DNA of 64,000 nucleotides, taken from Azolla caroliniana. Taxonomy: Eukaryota > Plantae > Polypodiophyta. The stretch covers positions 21,018,001 through 21,082,000 of the forward strand of contig JBHGNT010000002.1 in the NCBI GenBank assembly GCA_043228905.1, in the 5' to 3' direction. Shown in pieces: positions 21,480 to 34,100 of this stretch. The position numbers and the translations under genes were made by a program. Under the pieces are notes generated by a model, which saw only the letters and a program-made list of their open reading frames with translations, was not told where the DNA came from and did not search any database. The stretch's first letter is position 1; the number at the start of each line of letters is the position of its first letter.

Positions 21480-24400
21480 TGACACATAACTTATGAGCTT
21501 TCACATTCCCCATGCTCCACGAGTCTTGTAGTTAATGAAGAGAGAGGGTGACTATATAAAGCACCCTCCTCCCACTTTGTATAATGTTGAGTCTTTCTCC
21601 TTTGTTAATATAATTTACCTTGCGTATTCTCTGTGTCTTACTCCTTGTCTCTCGCACTCACTCACTCACTCTCTCTCAAACACACACACTGTTCATATAA
21701 ATTCCACTGCATGGAATCAATCTCTTGATTCTTTACATGGTATCAGAGCGATTTGGTAGCTCCATCTAGCCCATCCGCGTGTGTTGAGCTCTACGCCGAC
21801 GTTCACGATGAACCGGCTCATCGCTATCGTGGTGCGACTACATAGCTCACATTCGAAGAGAGAAGAAGAAGAAGAAGAAGAAGGCTATTGGAGCTACATC
21901 AAAGGAGCGCACGAAGACGGACCCATCGAAACGGCTCCTGGATACGCGATATGGGAGCAAGCCGCAAGCCGTGTGATGTATTGCTTGGCCACATGTGTTC
22001 ACCATCACATGCTCGGCTATATTCGCGAAGCCAAGACGCCGAAGGAGGCATGGGAAAATCTATGAAAGATTTTCGCGGCTAACACAACTGCAAGAAGACT
22101 TCAACTTCGCCAAGAATTGAACAACATTCAACAAAGGGACATATCCATCACGACATACACCTTGAAGATCAAGGAGCTTTGCGACTCGCTCGGCTCGATA
22201 AGCATAAATATCGATGATGATGAGATGGCGCAAATATGCCTCAACGGCCTCGCACCACGGTTCGGCGCGATGCGAACCGTCGTTCTAGCAAGGGAGAAAT
22301 CTCCCTCCTTCTTCGAGATCCAATCAATGTTATTGTTCGAAGAAAACCACATGCGTAAAAGCAGCAATGAGTGGGAAGGCCACATGCTCTACACGCACTC
22401 GAATGGAGGAAGAGGACGCGGACGAGCGAGAGGCCGATTCGGCCAAGGACAAGGCGGGGACGAGGACTAACCTACGACAACAACTCCCAAATTTGGCCGC
22501 AAAACGGAAGCCAACGAGGAGCCTTTGCAAGAAGGGGGAGCTTCCACTCCGGCCCGAGCCGTCAAAACGCAACCGAATGCAAACATTGCGGAAAGCTCGG
22601 CCACCACGAAGAAGAGTGTTGAAAGAAGGTGCGCGAATCGGCTTCCACAAGCCGACAAGTCACAAATTACGCGCACAATTCCAACTATGAAGAGTATAGC
22701 GGAATGTATGGGCACAACTCCAACTACGAAGATCGTGGCGGAATGTATGCACACAACTTTGACCGTGGCGGAATGTTCATGATGAAACATAGAGCAAACT
22801 CTATGTCGGCCTCTATCTCAACTGGTGCCCTAAATCTGGAGGACATATGGTTTGTTGACTCCGAAGCCTCAAACCATATGACATCTCATAAAGAATGGTT
22901 TCTCGAACTTCGAGAGCCAGAGCGACCCGGTTATGTGGAAACCGGAGATAATACTACACACCCAATTCAGCACATCGGCAATGTTCGGTTCGGCGAAAGA
23001 GGTAAGCAAACATACATTAAAAATGTCTTGCATGTTCCCACCATCACGAAGAATTTGGTCTCGGTCGGCCAAATGGTTGAGCAAGGGATGCAAGTACAAT
23101 TCGACCAAGAAGGGTGCTTCATCGAAAAAGCAGGCCAAATCATAGAACACGGAAGAAGAGAGGGCCGGATGTTCATTTTTTATTCACACGAGATGAAATC
23201 CGCCATGTTCGCAAAAAGCACAAAAGCCGACTCCGACATAGAGCTAAGGCACAAGAGAATCAGCCACATCAATCTCAACAAACTCAAAGCAATGAAATCG
23301 AAAGGAGTCGTCATCAGACTCCCGACATTCAAAGAGAAGGAGATTGAAGGTGTATGTGTAGCGTGCCAAATCGGCAAGCAACACCGATACCCATTCCCGA
23401 AAGAGCGGAATGTGAGCAAAGGTCTACATGACGTAGTCCATTCCGACGTATGGGGACCAGCGTAGACGGCTACATTTGGTGGATGCCGATATTACGCGCT
23501 CTTCATTGACGACTTCTCCAAGCACACGTGGCTCTATCCGATGCGGCAAAAGAGCGAAGTGTTCGGACACTTCCAAAGTTTTAAAAATGAAGTCGAAAAA
23601 GCCATTGGTCGTCATGTATGATGCCTTCGATTGGATGGCGGCAAGGAGTATTTCTCAAACGATTTCATGGCATATCTCCAAAAGGAAGAAATTCGGCGAG
23701 AATTCACTTGCCAACACACTCTGCAACAAAACGTAGTAGCGGAGCGCGAAAATCGGCACATCCTCAAAGGAGCACGGGCCATGATGAATGAGAAGCATAT
23801 GCCCAAGTCATATTGGGCCGAAACTGCACATACAGTTGTCTACCTAATGAACCGGTGCACAACATCTGGAGTGCACGAGGTCACTTTGCACGAAAAATAC
23901 TTCGGAAAGAATCCGGACTTATCGCACACCCGGATATTCGGCACGATAGCATACGTGCACATACCTGACGAAAAGTGGCAAAAGCTAGATCCAAAGTCGG
24001 AGAAATGTATTCTCGTAGGATACTCACTCACCTAATGAACCGGTGCACAACATCCGGAGTGCACGAGGTCACTCTGCACGAAAAATACTTCGGAAAGAAG
24101 CCGGACTTATCGCACACCCGGATATTCGGCACGATAGCATACATGCACATACCCGACGAAAAGTGGCAAAAGCTAGATCCAAAGTCGGAAAAATGTATTC
24201 TCGTAGGATACTCACTCGAACAAAAGAGGTACAAATGTTACAACCCATCTACCCGAAAAGTTCGAGTAAGTCGAGATGTCATGTTTGATGAATCCGCATC
24301 CTTGTACGCACTAGAGAAGATTTCGACTTCGACCCCGATCGACGCGGAACCGGCCGAACAAGAGCGAGAAGGTGGAGATCACCTCGAAGACATGTTTGAA

Positions 24401-25285
24401 GATAGCCTGATTACCACAAGGCTAAGTGGGCCACAAGAGCCCCCGAGCGATCAAAGCACATCACGGCCTAGCCTGAAGATGGACAAAGGCAAGGCGAAAA
24501 TGTCGGAATACGAAGACGATCGCTTCTACGACAATGAGTTGACTCACTCACTCGACAGTGAGTTCAGTGGCTTCGATGTACCAATCAGAGCTAAGAAAGC
24601 CCTCATCTCTGCAAATGAAAAGCTTCGTCGCTTCCCTCGTGAAAAGAATCTGGTAAGCTGATTCGGCTACAATGACTACATGGCATATCACTATGCCTTT
24701 ATGATGAAGGTGGCAACCGTACGTGAGCCGGAAACATTTTCTGAAGCAGCCAAGGATCCGCGATGGATCGAAGCCATGAACGAGGAGATGCAGGTACTAC
24801 GCAAGAACAAGACATGGGATCTTGTTTCCACCTCACCACACAAAAAGGCGATCGGATGCAGATGGATTTACAAAGTGAAGTACAACGTCGACGCTTTCGT
24901 CAACCGCTACAAAGCACGACTCGTAGCGAAAGGCTACGCACAAACGCACGTAGTTAACTACGAAGAGACCTTTGCCCAGGTGGCAAAGATGACGACAGTA
25001 CGAACCGTAATTGCGCTTGCCGCGGCGAAAGGGTGGCACCTCCATCAAATGGACGTCAAGAACGCCTTTCTACAAGGTGAATTAGAAGAGTAGGTGTACA
25101 TGATACAACCACCCGGCTTCAACTCGAGCACTCACCCGAAAGCTGTATGCCGACTCAAGAAGCCACTCTATGGCGTCAAGCAAGCACCGTGTGCTTGGCA
25201 TTCAAAGATAACGCAATATCTTCATCAAATAGGCTTCCGTATGTCAAAATCGGACAACTCCCTCTCCATACGAAGCGATTCTAGT
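21480..25285 (+). mobile_element. Degenerate Ty1/Copia, 3'-truncated within RT
   Basis: LTR end ...TTTACA then PBS TGGTATCAGAGC at 21738. Gag (EAWENL, CKHCGKLGH), PR (FVDSEASNHMT), INT (HSDVWGP, DGGKEY), RT ([19 protein letters not shown]) with stops and frameshifts. Left boundary approximate. Confidence 0.88.
23842..24217 (+). repeat. 188-bp tandem duplication inside the Copia integrase
   Basis: acctaatgaaccggtgcacaac...ggatactcactc occurs at 23842-24029 and 24030-24217. Confidence 0.92.
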
Positions 25286-26094
25286 GCAAACATTTTTGGC
25301 TCTTACTCCATACACTTGTACTTGATTGCACATGTATTTCTTTGAGTAAAAATTTCAATCTTTGGTATTAAATTTGCTCAAACTATTCCTTGGACCATTC
25401 TACACAAGGATTACTAACAAAGTTACTTTATCTCTTCGAAGTGAGCACATCGTACTCTCTTGAGAATAGCTTTTCCATACAATACAACAAAACCAATTAT
25501 TCACCGAATAAGCCTCTCATATCTGACTTATTTGGCGCTAAGAAATATAGATCTTGCACAATTAATCAAATAGATCTTACAAGAATAACTAGAAAACATT
25601 ACCTTGGCCAACCGATGCTTGAATAGTATATCATGGAATGTCAAAATAATTTTAGCGATGCTAAAAATTACTTTTGAAACACTCATATGTATTGGAGTTC
25701 AAACTCTTGTCCACTGGATCAAATCCTCAATTATAGATGGAATTATCAACAATTTGTTAGTGCCTATGTCAATCTTTGAACGAGATTCCATGGTAAGGAG
25801 TATGATATTAGGACAATCTTAGTAATTTGTTACATATAGTCTCGAGGTATTTTATGGACTTAGATATTAGTTTCTCCCTGTCTAGCCATGACATCCTACT
25901 TGAGGATTGCCACAATCCCTTATGTCTTTTCTATCATTAATGTGCACGTAGAAATTCTTACTAACATAGATATAAACACATTATCGAGGTCCATTTATCA
26001 TAAATGATTAACCTTAAGCGATTGATTTTTACGACAATTAAGTGTCATTACTACAACAAAAACAAAATAAAATTATGTATAGCTAATGTAATAC

Positions 26095-26421
26095 CTTAGA
26101 GACAAGCTTTTGCACAAGGTCATTATAGGTTGGGTCTACAAGGCCATCTCCATAGCCAATTAATGTGTAATTAATACGATAATTAAGCTTCTCAACGCAT
26201 TCTTGAAACACATTGATGGCGAAGCCGGAGAAATTGAGGACAGAGTTGGGCGTGACCAGTATCTCAGACGATTGCCAACTCACAAACTCCTCAAATCCAA
26301 GTTTGAGAGGAACAAGGATCTTCAAGTTGGAGGAATTGGTCGCGTGCGTAGTCGGAAATTCAGGGGAGAAGAAGATGGCAAGCACTAGGAGAGCCGTGAT
26401 GAGGTGCATCGGAGCATACAT
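26095..26421 (-). pseudogene. Orphan first exon of the GLR gene (duplicate)
   Basis: Signal peptide + LKILVPLKLGFEEFV...FSGFAINVF...PTYNDLVQKL then donor GT. No downstream exons are found because the Copia is joined there. Confidence 0.85.
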
Positions 26422-28899
26422 GGTCGGGGGATGAGAATGACGGCCCCAACGGGTGGCCAAGTGTGAACAGAGGAATTCTTTTGAACATCATCTATGCGCA
26501 CTACCCTCTGTATCTGTGTTGAACTTGAGGAGATTCCTACCCAGCATATTCTTCGTATTTTTTTGTTCTTTTTGGGGGGGTATTGTATCGTCTCCCATGA
26601 TCCATCCTTTTTCCATAACTTCAATAACAACATAACATACAATATGCAATTTTATTTGTCTAATCTACGAAATCTAAATAACATAATTTGGATTAGGTTT
26701 TTTTTCCACATTTTTTATGGTTTTTCTTTTCATCATCTATCGTTTTGACCATATTTGCATTACTCTACTTAATATATATGGAAAATGAAGTATAAATCAA
26801 GCAAAATGTAATTTGCAATATAATGAGATAAATGTCAAAGGCCTACTCTACTTAATCTATCATTCATAATGTAATGGAAAGCAACATTATCCGTAATATA
26901 GTTTAGGGGAGTACAACCCCTTTTATTTATAGTTCTTCATTTCCTTTTCTTGAAGTGTTCCTATTACTCCTCCGTTAGTAGTTACCATTAAAATTTGAGC
27001 TACATATAGAACTAGATGGTGAGGAATGTCAAATGGAAATAAAATGACAAGTCGCAATGATGAAGAGCTTATGCGAATGTTTATATGTATATAAATTAAT
27101 GCATTTATATTTCTATGATTGTATGCAAATGATTGTAAAAAATGTGCGTGTGTGATTGTTATATGCATGTGTAAATGAATGAATGTATGCATTTGTATAA
27201 ATTAATGATTGTATGTGTATATATGTACAAAGTACAATTGTATGTATGTTTATGATTTTATGCATGTATTAAATGTTTCTATATGGCAAATGACTTCTCA
27301 AATTTGGCCTTTACATATTCTTTGTTCCCATATAACTTCATTGCTTCATAAAGTTACAAAGTATAGTGAAGCTTGGGGATGAAGTTTTGGAGAGGACATT
27401 CATGCCATCTTCTAGACAACCTTCAACCTTCTTATTTCCATTACCGGGTATAGTAGTGCTCCAGCTCAAAGCTTCTAAGGTGCATATTGTTGCACAATGC
27501 CAATGGTCCTCTCATATTTTCCAATGTAGTGTAGGCTAGGCTTGAAGCCTTAGAGATTTATGTCACGGCATTGTCCAAACTATTCCAAGGGATCTCGTTT
27601 TCACACATGTTCTTATCTTTAGCCTTATCATTGGGCACTTCACGATCAAATGATGCGAAGTTGTTCTACACCACACTTACACCCTTGTTATAATCTTCAT
27701 GTCCTAATGCATGGACCATTGTATTGACCACCTTCTTTCCTTTTATATTATTATCAAGCATTCTAATTCATGAGAAAAATATATCCAATATCTCAAAGGT
27801 ACTTGGGACTTCATTGTTAAATTGTAATGTAAGTGTGTATGGTAATGGACACATGCACATTATTCAGGCTATTTATGATTTCATATATATGTACGCATTA
27901 CCACAATCATATACAAACATCCATATAATAATTTATTAATTAACACATTCATGCACGTACATTTATACACTCGTACACATAGATACCTTACGTTTAACAA
28001 TTCAATTATAAACTAGCATAAATATATTCAAACTAACATTTATACACAAGATTCTCATTCATACATACACATTCAGTCACACACATATAACATACATAAA
28101 TTGATGCACACATTCATTCCTACAATCAATCATTCATGCACACACATACATACTAAAATTGTTTATGTACGTGTTTTAGGTATTATGGAACTTATGTTGG
28201 AGAAATTACCATCAACCATCCCAGCACTTATATTCTCCATATAGTTGCACGATGGTATCGGGGTATACAGATGAGGATATAACATCACACTTGGCTCTCT
28301 TACAAACGCTTGAGTATGATGACCTCCGTAAGTGCTTCTCTGATGCCATTGCAAACACACACTAGGAGGACAACTCAAGTACAACCACCAGCACCAAAAC
28401 CATCACCAAAACCAAGAACGGGTATAGGCACCGTCAAGGGCACTTCCTACATTGTTATCATGTTGCAAATAATGCAATAAGGTTTGATTGAAAGATCCAA
28501 CTAGACTGACTTGACAAGATGGAGGGTCTTGAAAGGTTTGTATGTCAAGAAACATTAGCCATATTTTAGTCCATAGTTTCTTGATTATCTTGCTTTATTT
28601 TGTAAGGACATACTAGAGGTGTACCAAAGGTCGTAACTAGGTTGACTTCTAGCATGGGCTGAAACCTACAACTGGTGGGTTTACAAATACATCATCAACT
28701 TCCACACGATCACGCGTGACTCTAAGAATTGATTGTAATCTTGACAAGAGCCTTGATGGGATTTCTCTAGGAGTTATGGTTTTGTTTAAAAGAGTTAGAT
28801 GACTTTGTGGAGTCATACCTCCCTCAAATAGAGAGACCCATTGAAAGAGTTCATAAAGGTTTTGACATGCTCTCAATGTCATAACATGATCCTATAATA

Positions 28900-30174
28900 A
28901 ACACGTTCGCGTTCAGAAGTGGAAGGATAGTGCATTCCATTTTTAGATTCTTTTTATAATTTTGCAAATTTATGCAATATATAGAAACTTGTTACATTAG
29001 TATCACATGTTCGTCAACCCATATAGAATTTGCTAAATTATTAATAGTTAACAAGTTTTAAAGTAAAAAACATGTATTCTTTGAATATTTATAAAGTTGA
29101 TGATCTCTGAATACAAAATTTATTTAAAATTAAGAATATGATAATTGCTTATTCAATTGAAATGCTATATTATGTAATATGCAAAGTTGGTTGAAATATT
29201 GAGAAAATCATGACCTCTAGACATAAAATGTAATTAAATTACAGGTTACGAACATGGTGTATACAACATTTGATAGCTATAGTTAGTGATTATGCATTAT
29301 GCACTCTAATACTTGGTGAATGCGGCCCGATATAATACCTTACTCTAATGTTAGTAAGAAAGAAGAAAATCAAACATATGGACACTATGGACATAAAGTC
29401 CATGTGAAATATCATCTAGAGTTTTCCCAATACACACACATGAATGAGGACATCCATACACACGTATCATATAGTGGATACACTTGGAGACTCATTATGG
29501 TCACACCCAAAAGTAAGGCTTACCAAACAAGGTTCTCTACACCATGACAACGAGATCTCAACGCTTGAGCCATAGAATATCTTTGGTCCATGCTATGAAA
29601 GACCACTATTCTCCACAAGCTCGTTTTGGTCAACTTTTGCGAAATCCTTCACCATTTTCTCCAATTGTTTGAACCTAAATGGTTAATCATCATAAGAAGA
29701 TCCGACCATATATAAATCGTATGGAATATCCACAATGAGTAACGTGTAATGCTTGTTTGGCAACTTCTGGATAATCTTCGACACATCACCATAGTACACA
29801 TTATAATACAATTCTTGGGTGATATCATTTTTGTGGCTAAACTTCTTGAAAGTTCCGTCATCGTCCACATCGAATGCCTTCATTAAGCACCAATCCTTTT
29901 GTTTTTGTGCTCTTTCAAGATGGGCAAGAAAGGAAGCTGGAAAATCATGTTTGTCTTTGACTTCTCTAGGCTTCTTGCTATGACATGGTTTCTATGTGAA
30001 ACAACAAAAGAAGTAACTCATACATTGTTCACATATGTAATAAACTAGAATGGCAAATTTCAAATATGTAATACTAACCCAATCCTTAAAAGCAATAAAA
30101 TATTCCGATAACTCCTTGTATGAAGATGTAATCGAATACTCTTCAGTCACTTGTTCTCATGTTAAGCAACCAAG
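28900..30174 (-). mobile_element. Remnant of a related MTase transposon: TIR at 28900 and decayed MTase exons at about 29545-30174
   Basis: aacacgttcgcgttcagaagtggaaggat matches the TIR. Minus-strand translations LGCLT*EQVTEEY...FIAFKDW|GT..AG|KPC...FLAHLER..FKKFSHK..IVDIPY; the intron position matches the intact gene. Confidence 0.88.
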
Positions 30175-30282
30175 TGTTGCTGGTTAGGAACATGGCCTAC
30201 CCTCCTTCGGGGTACGTATCAAGGTGATCGTGGTACAGGGTAGGAAATTGCATAACGTGTGGAACGTACTGAGTTAGAGCAT

Positions 30283-30550
30283 TGTGGTGAAAATACGACG
30301 AGGATACGTGAACTTGAGGTAGGACCCCAGGGCTTCCGACCAAAGGATATCAGATTCGTGCGTTTATACTTTTAACAATTAACGGAAATGAGAAAATATT
30401 GTAATTTTTCATTAGCAAAGGAAAAGAAAATTACAATATTTCTCATTTCCGTTAATTGTTAAAAGTATAAACGCATGAATCTCATATCCTTTGGTCGGAG
30501 GACCCGGGGACCTACCTCAAGTTCACGACACTCGTCGTATTTTCGCAACA
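30283..30550. repeat. About 270-bp fold-back made of two Gypsy LTR 3' ends, followed by a tRNA-Trp PBS
   Basis: Arms tgtggtgaaaatac...gtaatttt and aaaattac...ttttcgcaaca; TGGTGAACCCGACGTGAA follows. Confidence 0.85.
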
Positions 30551-30596
30551 TCTTTGGTGAACCCGACGTGAAACAAGGCGGTAGGAGTGGGAGTGG

Positions 30597-31125
30597 GAGA
30601 ATACCTTGTCAAGTCTATAAAACTTTTTGCATGAATGTCACTGTAAGATTAGGGTCATTATGGATATTAGGATAAGTTAGGAAGACTTGAGGCTTTATTG
30701 TTTGACGTATTACCTACTAAATGCATTTGTACAAGGCATTCATCTCCAATATCCTTCTGCGACCTTTGACATATTACAAATATTGGGTCGCCGATAGAAG
30801 GCATTCATCTCTTTTTGAACATAGTCCATGTGATTGAATGGTTAGTGTGGTTGAACATCTTTTTGTGGGCTACTACGATGCAATTACGAAGAGAAGGCTT
30901 GGGCACATGTCAATGTAAAAAATGTTGTCAACTACATCATGCACCCATCGGTGACAAAGAAGCTACGCCATGTATCTAGCGATAAGAGCCTGTTGGTGAA
31001 CCCCTACCAAAAGCCACAAAGATTAATCAACCGCCTCATGGAGCTATTTTCAATTTTAGATTTGTTTTCTAGCACATGTATATAATATAAAACTTTTCAT
31101 ATCAATTTAGATTAACGTATAGTCC
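30597..31125. pseudogene. Internally deleted MTase-transposon fragment: transposase piece (-) joined to MTase C-terminal piece (+)
   Basis: Minus strand VFLTYPNIHNDPNLTVT; plus strand VGYYDAITK..LVNPYQKPQRLINRL. Confidence 0.8.
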
Positions 31126-31139
31126 AAATACAACAATTG

Positions 31140-34100
31140 CCGGGGAAGACCAGCCCGTAATCACCCTTCATTCTCCAAGTCGTTGTCCGCGTTGGTGTTG
31201 TCGTCGCCATCGTCTAGGCTTGCCAGGTCCAGTTCGTCCTCGTGTCGCTTCTTAAATACTTTGATCCTCTTCCCTGCTACTGGCACATCTATCCGCATCC
31301 TCTCAAGCTCCACGAGATGGTACATGCCATTGTCGTTAGCGCTCGTCACGACGTAGGGCCCGAACCACCTCTTCGCAAATTTTCGCACTGTTTTGTGCTG
31401 ATTGTTGAGGTTGTTGTCATATACCAGCAGCCAATCGCCTTCTTCAATCTCCTTCAGCCGGAGCCGGTGTGTCCGATCGAACCGGGCCTTGTTCCTTCCC
31501 CGTGTTGTGCGCAACTTCTCCCTTGCTCGCTCTACGTCCTCTGGTCTCCGTTCAAGCTGTCGAATCCACGCCGCCAATAGCTCTTCCCGGCTCATTTCGT
31601 TCCTCCAATCCACCGCGGCCCACGAAGTGATTGCCCGCTCCACCAACATAATCGGTTTATGCCCGTACATCAACTCCGCCGGCATGAACCCAGTCACCAA
31701 ACTGTGCGCCAGTCCGCCCACAATGCGTAAGGTAGAAGCCGCGGCCAATTCCCAACCTGTCCTTCACACGCTCGCACCAACGCCTTCACGATTGGGCCTT
31801 GCCCTCGTTCCACCTTCCCGTTCGCCTTTGGGTTGTACGCCGTAGTGAGGGAGAGCTTGACCCCGAACCGGTCGAACAACTCTTCGACTTCCTGCGCGTC
31901 CAGCTCCCCCCAATCTGCCACAATCTTTCCTACGCACCCGTACCAGCACACCACCTCCTTAATCAGGAATCGGCATACCGCCAAAGTCGTCTTATTCTGC
32001 AGTGCGCGGACCTCCACTTGGTTCGTCAAGTCTTCTCGCGCCAGTACCAAGTACCGCATCTGTCCTACCCCCATCGACATCGTCACCAAATTTACCATCC
32101 ACTTGAAATGGACGGTTGGCGGGTAGGTCGGGTGTAGCTCGTCTCGATGCTAGATCATGGAGTGCATCTGGCAACTTTCGCACGTCGTCACGAACCAGTG
32201 CACGTCTCAGTATAGCCCTAGCCACCAATACCTCTCCTTTAGCTTCTCAAATGTGACCCAAGTCTTGCGGTGACCGTCCCAAGGACTCTCATGGTACGCC
32301 GCGAGCAGCATCTACCGCTCCTCCTTTCCTGCCACTACTCGTAGTGGGACGCCGCCTCTCTTCTTTGGATGCTTCCATAGGTTCCCGTCCCATAGGAAGA
32401 ACCGGTACGCTTTCTTCCGGACTCGGTTAGCTTCGCCTTTCGTCCAGGCGGCATCCAACGTCATTGTCTTCAGGAATCTACAAATCCTAAGACACTCCCC
32501 TTCATATTCACCCTCGTTAAATTCCCTACCCTTGTTAGGCAAGCCGACTCAAAGAAGTCCTCGCCGACTCGAAGAAGTCCTCGCCGACTTCTTCGTCCTC
32601 CGAAACCATGCCGTCCTCGTCGTCGAACGTCGCTCTTGAAAGTATGTCGGCCATGGCGTTGTCCTTTTCGGAGATGTGTCGTACCTCCAGATTCAGGGAC
32701 TTAATGTACGTGATCCACCTGAGCATTGCTAGGTCCGGTGTCGCACATCCGGAAACCAACCCAAGGATCGGTAGGAAGTCCGCCTCGATTATTACCTCCG
32801 TCCCGATAAGATAATCTTTATCGGCCTTGACTGCCGAAACAATACCCCAGCGCTCGCGCTTAATTTGGGCATATCCTCATTGTCGCTCACTGAGTACCTT
32901 TGCTCTGAACCGGATAGGGACCCGTGTGCCGCCCTCGTCTTCCTGACTGATCACCCATCCTATCCATGTCGGGCTCATATCTACGGTTACATAGATCAGA
33001 ACGTCCTTGCTGTAAACCGCTTTACGAAGTGTCGGTGCCGTGGTAAGCGCTTCTTTCAATCTTCGGACCGACTCCGTATGTTCCTCGTCCTAGTTGAATT
33101 TCCGCCCTTTCTTTTGCAGCCCGTGGAGCGGTTCCGCGATGTGCGCATAATGTGGAACCCAGATGTGGTAGAACGCACACACCCCCAGCAACCTCCGCAC
33201 CTCTGTTACTGACTTGCACTCCTTCTTCATCGCGGAAATGGCTTTGACCTTTGCCGGAGACGGTCTCCGGCCATAAGGCCCACACAAGTGATCGACGACC
33301 ATGATTTCCGACTGTCCGAAAGCCGACTTCTCCCTGGAGAAGGTGAGCTGCGCGCCTTCTAGTCTTTGTAGCAGCTTCTCGTAGTCTCCGATGTGGTCTG
33401 AGATGAATTTCCGACACCCGTCTGGTCTGATCGTTTCGTCCTTATCCTCCACCGGACATCCCTTGATCGGAATGTCATCCAAAAACGGCATGGTGATGTT
33501 CGGGATGCAATCCCTTAGCACCTTATTCATCGCATTCACCATGTGTGCTACCGAGTTTGTCCCCCCTTGCGGAAGCGTACACATCCACACTAGGCCGAGA
33601 GGAGTCCGCATTGTCGTAATATCCCTACTCTCCACGGCTAGTTGGAATTGGTCGTACCCCGAGTACAGATATTTGACCGAGTAAATCGACCTTCCGGCGA
33701 AGGCCTCCGTGAACTCGTCAATGGTCGGTCTGATTCCTGCGTTCCGAATGGTCACCTTGTTGACCGGGTGCAGATTCTGAATAAAGGGCAACGTGTCGTT
33801 CTTCTTAGGCATGGTTAACCACCGTTTCAAGTATGGGGCACTCGACAGTTCAAGGATGCCCATCCACCACCTTCTGCTTCAGCAGCTCCATCAGCTTACT
33901 AGAATCAGTTTGAGATTCCATGGCACGTGCGGTATCGTGAAGATAACCATCGGCTCAACAATCGTCCGGCGAGAATGGGAAGGCCTTCCCATGCCTCCCG
34001 AGCATCCTCCGAAACCGTTCCTCCTCCGCCTGCAGTAGAAAGCCACCCCCACCAACCTTGAGCTCCCGTAGCGTTATGTTGGTGAATCGGTGTCCTATGC

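Larger units (their letters stand above)
25181..30580 (+). repeat. Segmental duplication, copy 1 (matches about 48045-54663)
   Basis: Near-identical sequence and ORF translations (e.g. 25390/48253, 26923/50210, 29320/53400). Confidence 0.95.

Noticed and set aside
26900-28890. Short ORFs and possible coding remnants upstream of GLR exon 1
   Set aside because: AT-rich, low-complexity sequence with no motif I can recognise.
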